22,181 nt of DNA from Leptospira sp. GTDB taxonomy: Bacteria > Spirochaetota > Leptospiria > Leptospirales > Leptospiraceae. Positions 1-8,164 of the stretch are shown here, one piece after another. The position numbers and the translations under genes are program-made. The notes beneath the pieces are model-generated. The model saw only the letters and a program-made list of their open reading frames with translations. It had not been told where the DNA came from and searched no databases. The number at the start of each line of letters is the position of its first letter. The stretch's first letter is position 1. The DNA is taken from contig JAWXAQ010000031.1 of assembly GCA_034439575.1 (NCBI GenBank), positions 1 to 22,181 on the forward strand. The letters run 5' to 3'.

Positions 1-137
1 TAAATGAGCTGTCATTTTATAAATCCATACAGGCTGTTGGGATAGATCGTTTAGTGACTGCTCAGAGAGAAGGAGTTGTGCTAAATGTTTCTAGGATATC
101 CCACCTAACGAATCACTTCGAACAACCTTCCCAATAA
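1..137 (+). CDS. Possible 3' end of an upstream gene (partial, unknown product), convergent with and overlapping the flgF-like gene
   Basis: Frame 3 is open from the window edge ([44 protein letters not shown]) to TAA at 135-137, while the other two + frames stop immediately. Too short to assign a family. Confidence 0.4.
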   Translation, partial: NELSFYKSIQAVGIDRLVTAQREGVVLNVSRISHLTNHFEQPSQ

Positions 138-965
138 ACTATCTTGGGTTTGCATCGTTTTTGAATTTGCCTCATAAGCACGATTGACCTCTATCATATC
201 GACCATCTCCGTCACAACAGATACGTTAGATGCTTCCAAAAAACCCTGTAATACCTGTGGAGACTTTAATTCAGGAAAAGGAGTTGGTTCCCCAGATTCA
301 GGAGTATCAGAGTAAAATGAGTCCCCTTCTTTATCTAAATGTCTGGGATTCTCAACTGTTCTGATTTTTAAACGATCGACTAACTGAGATTCTTCGTAAC
401 GATTTTCACTTACATTGGTTCCGTCTTTTGGATCAGTTCCAATCCGCCCATTGACAAAGACCTCTCCATTTTCTTTCACAAGAAAATTTCCTTGGTTCAC
501 TCGAATGGGACCTTTTTCCCCGAGCAAGGGAAAACCTTGGGGTGTAACAACAAATCCATTTTTGTCCAAAACAAAATTACCACTGCGAGTCATACGTTCC
601 CCACGATTAGTAAGAACTGTAAAAAAGGCAGGATTTTCACTTCCAGGCTGGTCTTGGATCATCAAATCAAAATGGTTGTCAGTTTTTTTGACAGAACCTT
701 GCTCAAATCTTGTATAAACTTCATTCACCTCGGCACCAAACCCTAGTTTACCGACAACAGGTGCTGTATCAAAAGAGCCCATTGGCGTTTTGCCGATACC
801 GTCTTCAGAAAATCTATGTAATAACATTTCCGGAAACGTTTTGAATACAGTGGTATCTCTTTTGAATGCTGTTTTATCCACATTGGCCAAATTATTGGCA
901 ATCACATCCATTCTCGTTTGTTGCGAAATCATTCCGCTAGCACCAGTATAAAGACCACGTATCAT
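105..965 (-). CDS. flgF: Flagellar basal-body rod protein, FlgF/FlhO-like (FlgEFG family)
   Basis: N-terminus [29 protein letters not shown] (flg_bb_rod motif), [12 protein letters not shown] core and C-terminal [30 protein letters not shown]. Start moved from 1010 to ATG 965, preceded by AGAGGA. The canonical flgG lies elsewhere in the window. Confidence 0.85.
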   Translation of the reverse strand: MIRGLYTGASGMISQQTRMDVIANNLANVDKTAFKRDTTVFKTFPEMLLHRFSEDGIGKTPMGSFDTAPVVGKLGFGAEVNEVYTRFEQGSVKKTDNHFDLMIQDQPGSENPAFFTVLTNRGERMTRSGNFVLDKNGFVVTPQGFPLLGEKGPIRVNQGNFLVKENGEVFVNGRIGTDPKDGTNVSENRYEESQLVDRLKIRTVENPRHLDKEGDSFYSDTPESGEPTPFPELKSPQVLQGFLEASNVSVVTEMVDMIEVNRAYEANSKTMQTQDSLLGRLFEVIR

Positions 966-1082
966 AAGGGTTCCTCTACCATTCTCTTCGGCGAAATGTT
1001 TTATTTCCAAAAGAGAAAAAGAGACATAGTCAAAAAAGACTTGAAGTTTTTTTTCTCTCCCCCGAACATAAAGTTATCCATT

Positions 1083-1451
1083 ATGAAGATATCCATTGGC
1101 AATCTACCCCAGTCACTTACGGAAGACCAACTAAAGGCTTTACTTTCTCCTTTTGGAACTGTAACAAGTCTTACGATCAAACGAGATAAAATCACCAAGG
1201 TTTCTCTTGGATTTGGAAGCGCGGACATGGACGAAGCTTCGGCTCTAAAAGCGATTGCTGCACTGAATGGCAAAGAAGTAGAAGGCAAAAAGATCGCTGT
1301 CGTCAAACAAGAAGATCTCGCGAACCAACACAACAATCCAAATTCCGCAAAATCCTCCCCCATGAACCAAAAAAGCCCCTTCGGTAAAGCTCCCTCTACA
1401 ACAGGTGCGAGCACGGGAGTACAGAGACGAGGTGGTCAAAGAGGATCTTAA
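1083..1451 (+). CDS. RNA recognition motif (RRM) protein with low-complexity C-terminal tail
   Basis: MKISIGNLPQSLTEDQLKALLSPFGTV...IKRDKITKVSLGFGSADM...AIAALNGKEVEGKKIAV follows the bacterial RRM pattern. Start set at ATG 1083 because the track's start at 918 overlaps flgF. Confidence 0.85.
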   Translation: MKISIGNLPQSLTEDQLKALLSPFGTVTSLTIKRDKITKVSLGFGSADMDEASALKAIAALNGKEVEGKKIAVVKQEDLANQHNNPNSAKSSPMNQKSPFGKAPSTTGASTGVQRRGGQRGS

Positions 1452-2663
1452 ATGAAACCTGTTGAGGGATGTTTTTTATCCATAGGAGCTGGCAAAAACC
1501 AATTGCCCTTAATCCAAGCGGCAAAAGCACGAGGCTTACATGTCATCTCCGTAGATAAAAATTCCGAAGCGCCAGGATTTATAGAAAGTGACATTCGCAT
1601 TTTAGAATCCACTAGCGAATACCGCAAAATCCTTCATGCCATGAGTCGCGTTCCCTACACACACGTGTTAAAGGGTGTCGGCTCCAGATCTTTTGGCCAA
1701 GCAGTACAATCAACGGCTTACCTTGCTGACAAATTCAAACTCACAGGTAATTCTCCTGAATCCATAGCCCTCTTTGCCAATAAAAAGAAGTTAAAAGCAT
1801 TATTAGAAAAAAAAGGGATTCCTGTTCCTAAATCCATCACACCACAAGTTACCAGTGCGAAAGTCAAAAAAAAAGAACTATCACTTCCCTTTCCTTTGAT
1901 TGTAAAACCTTATGATGGTTATGCCAAAAAGGGGATTCGTATCATAAATGATGAGAAGGAATGGAAAGTTTTTTCCAAAGGGCTCAAATTGGATGAATGG
2001 ATCATCGAACCAAAAATCGAAGGCACAGAAGTTACTGTCCTCGGTTTTGTGGTAGCGAAAAAATTTCGTATTATTTCAATTTCTGATAAAATTACCACCA
2101 CCGAACCACCGTTTATCGAACTAGCACATCTGATTCCTTCACAAAACCTTAATATGACGGGGGAACTCAAGATGATTTGCCAATCAGTCGTCAATATAAC
2201 AGGCTTAAAAAATGGCCCGCTCGTCGCCGAATTTAAAATTACCAAAAACGGGGATTGTATTCTAATGGAGGCGGCACCGGAAGTGGGTGGTGAATTTCTT
2301 GCCGATCAACTTTTAAAAGAATCCTATGCCTACCCTTATTTCCAAGACCTTCTTTCTTTGCTCATTGGTGAAAGACCAAAACCAAAATTTTTACTCAAAG
2401 AAAAAACTCCGGGCAAAATGTTCGCGATTCTTTTTGTTCTCCCGAAAGAAAATGAAAAATCCATTAAAGCACACCCTCAGTTCAATTTACAACATGGGGA
2501 ATCTTTCTTTATGCAAAATGAATTATTACCAGTCGGGACAGTATTGACAAACAAAGAAGGAAATGCCCGTCGTTCTTATGTTTATGGCATTTCTACGACA
2601 GAAAAAATCCCGAAACAAGATTGGATTCAAAGTTTATTATATCGTGCCAATGAATCATCATGA
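1452..2663 (+). CDS. ATP-grasp domain protein (carboxylate-amine ligase-like)
   Basis: N-terminal IGAGKNQLPLIQAAKARGLHVISVD, then NKKKLKALLEKKGIPVP, FPLIVKPYDG..KKGI, IIEPKIEGTEVTV and GPLVAEFKI...ILMEAAPEVGG. Confidence 0.85.
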   Translation: MKPVEGCFLSIGAGKNQLPLIQAAKARGLHVISVDKNSEAPGFIESDIRILESTSEYRKILHAMSRVPYTHVLKGVGSRSFGQAVQSTAYLADKFKLTGNSPESIALFANKKKLKALLEKKGIPVPKSITPQVTSAKVKKKELSLPFPLIVKPYDGYAKKGIRIINDEKEWKVFSKGLKLDEWIIEPKIEGTEVTVLGFVVAKKFRIISISDKITTTEPPFIELAHLIPSQNLNMTGELKMICQSVVNITGLKNGPLVAEFKITKNGDCILMEAAPEVGGEFLADQLLKESYAYPYFQDLLSLLIGERPKPKFLLKEKTPGKMFAILFVLPKENEKSIKAHPQFNLQHGESFFMQNELLPVGTVLTNKEGNARRSYVYGISTTEKIPKQDWIQSLLYRANESS

Positions 2664-3268
2664 CAAATGTCTGGGACTCTCATTACAAAAAACCAAAAGC
2701 TAAACTAAGTTATCCGGATGAAAATTTAGTAAGACTACTAAGTTCCATAAAATCTCCAAACTTCAATGCATTAGATTTTGGAAGTGGAAGTGGAAGACAC
2801 ATTCCCTTATTAATAGAAAAAGGCTACCAAGTCTCTGCCTCGGATTCATCTACTGAATCCATTTCAAATCTAAAACAATTATATAATACAATACCTTTAT
2901 TTTTAACAAACAAATTACCATATACTTTTCCCAAAGAAAATTTTGGTCTTATTGTGTCATGGGGAGTTTTTCACTATAACGAACGCAATGTGGCAAATTC
3001 AATATTAGTAGAACTATATCATTCTCTTGCGAAAGGGGGTTATCTTTTAGGATCAGTAAGAGCCGCATCTGACACTCATTTGAAAATCCAGAATGGGGAG
3101 ATGGCTTTAAATGACCTTAAAGGTGGTTATGCGGAGACATATACCTTAGAAGAGATGAAAAAGTTTTTAAGTATATTTAGCTCATTTGAAATCGGTTATT
3201 CAGAAAGAACCCCACTTGGTCGTTTAGAAGAAAGAATTTGTCATTGGTTCTTTCTCGCGAAAAAATAG
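2660..3268 (+). CDS. Class I SAM-dependent methyltransferase
   Basis: Motif I ALDFGSGSGRH, VSASDSS, FGLIVSWGVFHY and SLAKGGYLLG. N-terminal W..HY...YPDE. ATGA overlap with the upstream gene. Confidence 0.9.
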   Translation: MTNVWDSHYKKPKAKLSYPDENLVRLLSSIKSPNFNALDFGSGSGRHIPLLIEKGYQVSASDSSTESISNLKQLYNTIPLFLTNKLPYTFPKENFGLIVSWGVFHYNERNVANSILVELYHSLAKGGYLLGSVRAASDTHLKIQNGEMALNDLKGGYAETYTLEEMKKFLSIFSSFEIGYSERTPLGRLEERICHWFFLAKK

Positions 3269-3274
3269 AACTCC

Positions 3275-4159
3275 ATGAAACATGAATTGTCCAAGGAATG
3301 CCCACTTCGGCGGGAACAAACTTGCAATTGGAATTTCCATTATTCTACTACAGGCAATTATCCAGGACTCAGTATTTATAAATGTGAATCCTGCGGTTTA
3401 CAATCCCTGTACCCAAGACCAAAACAATCAGAATTGTATGACGAAGGGTATTACAAGGGTAAGGCGGAATATACTTATATAGACGAAAGAGAGAAGGAAA
3501 AATATTTTCGATACGTTTGGATTTCACGAATCAAAAATATAATGAAAAACAAAAAAGGCCTTGGACACTTTTTAGATATCGGCTCTTCGTTTGGTGGATT
3601 CCTTAGAGTTGCGAACGAACTAGGATTTACTGTGCAAGGTGTAGAAATTTCGAAGTATGCTTCCAATTATGCCAATGATACGGGCATTGCCACGTTCAAT
3701 GGTTCCATTTTAGAAGCAAAATTTCCTAACAATAGTTTTGATGTGATCACACTTATCGAAGTAATTGAGCACTTAGAAAATCCAAATCTCGTATTTCCCG
3801 AATTGGAAAGGATACTGAAACCAGGTGGTTTACTTGTTTTACAAACGGCAAACTTCGATGGATGGCAGGCCAAAAATGCCAAAGAATCCTATCATTATTA
3901 TATGCCAGGCCATGTATTTTATTATACTGATTCCATTTTAAAAAAAATATTGACCCTTCATGGATTTGATAGATATATTTCCTACTTTGGTGTGGACTTT
4001 TCTCTATTGCCAAAGTTAAAAAAAGCCAGAGGGAATTTCAAACATTGGACAGATTATTTTCAATGGTTTCGTATCAGTTTTTACCATTTCAAATCCAAGT
4101 TAAGATCCGAAGGCTTCCCGCTAACTTCAAGTTATGTTCTTTATGCGTTTAAAAAATAG
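3275..4159 (+). CDS. Class I SAM-dependent methyltransferase with N-terminal Cys cluster (putative Zn-binding)
   Basis: CPL.....C...CESCGL at the N-terminus, then LDIGSSFGGFL, GVEIS, FDVITLIEVIEHLENP and ILKPGGLLVL. Confidence 0.9.
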   Translation: MKHELSKECPLRREQTCNWNFHYSTTGNYPGLSIYKCESCGLQSLYPRPKQSELYDEGYYKGKAEYTYIDEREKEKYFRYVWISRIKNIMKNKKGLGHFLDIGSSFGGFLRVANELGFTVQGVEISKYASNYANDTGIATFNGSILEAKFPNNSFDVITLIEVIEHLENPNLVFPELERILKPGGLLVLQTANFDGWQAKNAKESYHYYMPGHVFYYTDSILKKILTLHGFDRYISYFGVDFSLLPKLKKARGNFKHWTDYFQWFRISFYHFKSKLRSEGFPLTSSYVLYAFKK

Positions 4160-4168
4160 AAGGTACCC

Positions 4169-6526
4169 ATGAATCCAGTTACTGAAAATCCATTATTGAT
4201 CAAACTCACAAGCATTCCCGAAACACCAGGATGGAAACGTAAATTAGTTTTGGCATTACGTGTGATACTCGTTTCTATTCATAGATTTAATGTTGACGAT
4301 TGTTTGATGAAGGCATCTGGACTTGCCTATACAACAATAGTCACTTTAGTTCCCACGCTCACAGTCGCCTTCGCCTTATTAACCGTAGCTTCTGGAATCC
4401 AAGGCAGACAAGATGAAATCTATGAAGAAGTAAACAGTTTTTTATTAAAAAACAATATCCAGTTTGATATTTCCCCATATTGGGAGACATTAAGTGATAT
4501 TATCAATACGGCATCGCAAATTGGAGCTGTTGGTTTTATCGTATTTATCTTCTCTGCTACGGCCGTTTTACGATCCTTAGAAAAAACTTTTCACTCAATT
4601 TGGAATATTGATGTTCACAGAAGTTTTATCAATAAGTTTGTTTTCTACTTTTTTTTGATCACGTTTGGCCCTCTTCTCTTTGTAGTCGGCAAAGGGATTT
4701 CAAATCAGCTAACAGATGCTGTGAGAGCACCTCATTTAAAATCTATAGTATTAACTGATAAAGGAGATATTTGGGTAGCGGGAGAAAAAGGAAATATAGG
4801 AGTCTTAAGTGATTTAAAATCCAAAATCAAATTCATTCCCAAAGATTCTATAGATTTTGAAAATATGTTATGTGTGGATTTTACTACGATTGAGTCTGGA
4901 ACTTGTAAAAAACCAAATATTGGCCAGGAAAACTTTTTTAGAATTCGTAGTTTTGCAGATCACCTCACTGCGATTTCAGAAGAAGGAACATTACTTATTT
5001 CAAAAGATCATGGAAATTCGTGGAATGTTCATAGTCTTAAAAATATCACTGTCACTGACTTTGGTGTCGCCAGTGAAAATACCTTTTTCATTCTTACCGC
5101 GGATACAAAAACTCTTAGATACGAAGTCGGTAAATCACTTATAGAGCTTAAAAAATTCAGCACAAAAGATATAACACCTGTCAAAATTAGATTTTTTGGA
5201 GCGAATGACGGATTTATTTTAGATCGAGAAGGCAGGCTTTGGAAAACGACAGATGGCGGATTTAATTTTTCTCCACAAGTCATTTCTAAAAAAGCATTAA
5301 ATGATATATATTTTTTGTCACGTAATATCGGTTTTGTGGTCGGTGATAATGGAGCTATTTTTCGCACAAAAGACGGTGGTAATACATGGATTGATATAAA
5401 TCATAAAAAGTTTTCTTATGATCGTGTTTGGGCATTTTTATCCCCCAAAAAACAAGATTTCGATCTTTTTATTTTGAACAATCTCGGCGAAATTTTACTT
5501 TCCGAAGACGAAGGTGAAAATTGGTCCATCGCCTATAAACCCAAAGGCGGAGCGATTTTAGATTTGATACACTTACGAAATAAACAATCAGTCTCTGGGC
5601 TTGCCACAGAACCCGGTGAAATCGAAACATTACAAGAAACTGAAATCAAAGATGATTTAGAAACAACAAACAAACTCAATGCAGATATGTTAGGCATTCT
5701 CGGTGTGGGGGAATACAACAAAGTCATCCGTATTGAAAATGATGACAATGGGAAACCAATTTGGAAAAAATACCAAGGCGGACTTAAAATATTTTCTCTT
5801 TACACCTTACTTCAATTGATACTACCACTCCTCTCCATTTGGGTATTCTTTGTATTACTCTATACCATCATCCCGAATACAAAAGTTCCGATTCGAGCTT
5901 CGTTTTTGGGAGCGGCCATAACAGGCATTATATTAATTTTATTCTTTTGGGGATTTTTAAATATCTATCTCACTTCTTTTACAGAAAAGACGATGATCAT
6001 TTACAAGGCACTTGCAGCGATTCCCATTTTTTTATTAACTATTTATTCCGTCGGTGTTATAGTTCTCTTTGGCGCGGAAGTGACAGCCACTCTCCAATTT
6101 CCTGATCGTTATCTACTCCCTAGACATCCTTTTGAATCGATAGATACTTTCATTAAACATGAATTTTATCATACGATCAAATTTTTTATCAAAATCTATG
6201 AAAGCCAAGAAAAATCGGGAAAATTAATTTCTATCAAAGAAATTCGATCTTCTCTTTTGATTCCAGAAAAAGATGCCAAACTAATCCAAGAAAATTTAGA
6301 AAAAGCAGGTCTTATTTCTGTATCAGAAAAAGGTCATTTGGCACCTGTTAAATTAAAAGAACAAGTGAGTTTACTCGAACTATATGAAAAAACAGTTTCT
6401 TCTTCCTTCGGCGCACCGACAGAAAGAGACTCAAATCTATCTAAAGTAAATGACTCATTACAAGATTTAGATTCGAAATTAAAAGCGCAGTTAAAAGGAA
6501 TCTTTATTAAAGATTTAATGGTTTAA
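4169..6526 (+). CDS. YihY/BrkB-family inner-membrane protein with inserted BNR/Asp-box (YCF48-like) beta-propeller and C-terminal winged-helix-like domain
   Basis: YihY motifs ASGLAYTTIVTLVP, LEKTFHSIW, LYTIIPNTKV and IPIFLLTIYSVGVIVLFGAEV. Asp-boxes SKDHGNSW, TTDGGFNF, TKDGGNTW and SEDEGENW. C-terminal ISIKEIRSSLLIPEKDAKLIQENLEKAGLI. Confidence 0.85.
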   Translation: MNPVTENPLLIKLTSIPETPGWKRKLVLALRVILVSIHRFNVDDCLMKASGLAYTTIVTLVPTLTVAFALLTVASGIQGRQDEIYEEVNSFLLKNNIQFDISPYWETLSDIINTASQIGAVGFIVFIFSATAVLRSLEKTFHSIWNIDVHRSFINKFVFYFFLITFGPLLFVVGKGISNQLTDAVRAPHLKSIVLTDKGDIWVAGEKGNIGVLSDLKSKIKFIPKDSIDFENMLCVDFTTIESGTCKKPNIGQENFFRIRSFADHLTAISEEGTLLISKDHGNSWNVHSLKNITVTDFGVASENTFFILTADTKTLRYEVGKSLIELKKFSTKDITPVKIRFFGANDGFILDREGRLWKTTDGGFNFSPQVISKKALNDIYFLSRNIGFVVGDNGAIFRTKDGGNTWIDINHKKFSYDRVWAFLSPKKQDFDLFILNNLGEILLSEDEGENWSIAYKPKGGAILDLIHLRNKQSVSGLATEPGEIETLQETEIKDDLETTNKLNADMLGILGVGEYNKVIRIENDDNGKPIWKKYQGGLKIFSLYTLLQLILPLLSIWVFFVLLYTIIPNTKVPIRASFLGAAITGIILILFFWGFLNIYLTSFTEKTMIIYKALAAIPIFLLTIYSVGVIVLFGAEVTATLQFPDRYLLPRHPFESIDTFIKHEFYHTIKFFIKIYESQEKSGKLISIKEIRSSLLIPEKDAKLIQENLEKAGLISVSEKGHLAPVKLKEQVSLLELYEKTVSSSFGAPTERDSNLSKVNDSLQDLDSKLKAQLKGIFIKDLMV

Positions 6527-6538
6527 TAAAATTTTAAT

Positions 6539-7030
6539 TTAGTTATAAAAATTTGTTTTGGCTGGTGGAAGAAAAGCAGACATTTGTTTGTAAATTTGTT
6601 CTGCCATGCCAAGTGATTCATTTTTAGAAATATTTTTTGAATATTCATCGTATAACATATCTTCAAATATTTCTTCCGCATAACCACCATCGATGAGTTT
6701 TTCTTTGTGAACTGAGTTTTTCATTTCTTTTAACATCATTTTCACAAATACAGATTCAAATTCCACACTGGCATCAAAAAGTTTTTTTCGATAAGGGTCT
6801 GCTTGGATTTCTGCTTTTATATTTTGCGGGACACTGAGAGAGGAACTACTGATCTTACCTTGCAGATCATTTCTTTCTTCCATTAAATTTTGGAAGTCTG
6901 TTTTTTTATCAAGTTGATTGGAAACTGTGGCTTTTGATTTGCCAGATAAAGATTCCATTTTACCTAATACTTGTTCATCGCGAGAACGAGAGATTCGTGA
7001 GCTATAATCTTGTACTGAAAAAATATCCAT
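6539..7030 (-). CDS. flgJ: Flagellar rod-binding protein FlgJ (rod-cap domain only, no muramidase domain)
   Basis: KLFDASVEFESVFVKMMLKEMKNSV...GGYAEEIFEDMLYDEYSKNIS...LGMAEQIYKQM matches the Rod-binding domain. It lies directly after flgI and has a GGAG RBS. Confidence 0.9.
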   Translation of the reverse strand: MDIFSVQDYSSRISRSRDEQVLGKMESLSGKSKATVSNQLDKKTDFQNLMEERNDLQGKISSSSLSVPQNIKAEIQADPYRKKLFDASVEFESVFVKMMLKEMKNSVHKEKLIDGGYAEEIFEDMLYDEYSKNISKNESLGMAEQIYKQMSAFLPPAKTNFYN

Positions 7031-7039
7031 TTATCTCTC

Positions 7040-8164
7040 CTATTGAATGATCAGTTCCGCTTTCAAAGCACCTTGTTTTTTTAGTGCTTCCAAAATCGAA
7101 ATGATATCCTTCGTGCTAGCTCCCACTTTGTTGAGTGCACCTACAACATCGGATACTTGTGTCGCTTCCTTAAGCACAAACATCGATTCACCTTTTTCTT
7201 GTTCAGGCAATGGGAAAAAATAGCGCATTTTATTATTGTTAGCGACTTGAATCGTCAAACCAGTTTGCGAGATGGCGACTTCATCTATGGAAATATTAGC
7301 ACCCATAACAATCGTCCCTGTTCTTTCGTTGATCACAACGCGAGCCACAGTTTCAGGAGTTATATTCAAATTTTCTAATTTAGATATAAAAGCTAAATCC
7401 ATTTTGGGAGAAGCATTCGGGTCGACGCCTACATTAGCTTCCGCAATGGGAACAGGAACAATGATTTCATTTCCAGAAATCACTTCCGGAGTCACACCTA
7501 GGTTTGTTGTGATGGCAGTTACGATGCTATTCATAGTAGAATAATCTCGTTCTAACAAATACACTTTCACAGCACGAACGATAGGTGGTGTTGCAAGTGC
7601 TTTTTCTAAAATAGCACCTTGAGGCACAAGGCCCGTATTTGAACCAGCTTTTTTATATCCAAGGCCTTTGCTCTTTTTATCCTTCCCACCAAACACAAGC
7701 ACACCAGAGGCAACCGCAATCGTATCTCCATTGCCTGCTTTCAAGGGAGATTGTAATAATACTCCACCTTCCAGGGAACGAGCATCTCCAAGAGATGAAA
7801 CTAATACATCGATGCGATCCCCTTCTTTTAGGTTTACAGGAACATTGGCAGAGATCATAACACTTGCTGTGTTTCTGGCATCACGCATTGGTTTCTTAGT
7901 ATTGACTCCAAGACCCGCCAAATAATTTTGTAAGGCTTCTTCTGTGAGGGCACTTTTTGTATCACCTGTTCCATTCAATCCAACAACAAGTCCGAAACCA
8001 GTCACCTGGTTCTCACGAATCGCATTGATTTTTGCAATGTCTTTGAGTTTGATTTCTACCGCAGAAACAGAAGTCCCGACAAAATTCAAGGCCAAGATGA
8101 TAGAAATAAATTTCAAATTATTTAAATTGGCAATGCGTAAAAATAGATTCAAACTTGTTCTCAT
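7040..8164 (-). CDS. flgI: Flagellar P-ring protein FlgI
   Basis: LKDIAKINAIRENQVTGFGLVVGLNGTGD, IDVLVSSLGDARSLEGGVLLQSPL, ARVVINERTGTIVMG and LEALKKQGALKAEL, with an N-terminal signal peptide. Confidence 0.97.
   Translation of the reverse strand: MRTSLNLFLRIANLNNLKFISIILALNFVGTSVSAVEIKLKDIAKINAIRENQVTGFGLVVGLNGTGDTKSALTEEALQNYLAGLGVNTKKPMRDARNTASVMISANVPVNLKEGDRIDVLVSSLGDARSLEGGVLLQSPLKAGNGDTIAVASGVLVFGGKDKKSKGLGYKKAGSNTGLVPQGAILEKALATPPIVRAVKVYLLERDYSTMNSIVTAITTNLGVTPEVISGNEIIVPVPIAEANVGVDPNASPKMDLAFISKLENLNITPETVARVVINERTGTIVMGANISIDEVAISQTGLTIQVANNNKMRYFFPLPEQEKGESMFVLKEATQVSDVVGALNKVGASTKDIISILEALKKQGALKAELIIQ

Noticed and set aside
975..1015. GCCGAAGA upstream of flgF as a sigma28 -10 box, or TTGG...GC as a sigma54 site
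   Set aside because: The nearest TAAA is only 7 nt upstream rather than about 15, and the GG-GC spacing does not fit -24/-12.
918..1082. N-terminal extensions in the ORF track (RRM from 918; also flgF 1010, flgG 10693, dut 11223, rpsO 14959, rimP 21070)
   Set aside because: They overlap neighbouring genes or promoter regions. Family N-termini and RBS positions support the shorter starts.
2660..6526. The AT-rich cassette as a recently acquired mobile island
   Set aside because: There is no integrase, transposase, tRNA or flanking direct repeat, and neighbouring flagellar genes look similarly AT-rich. A sliding-window GC and codon-usage analysis would be needed to claim horizontal transfer.
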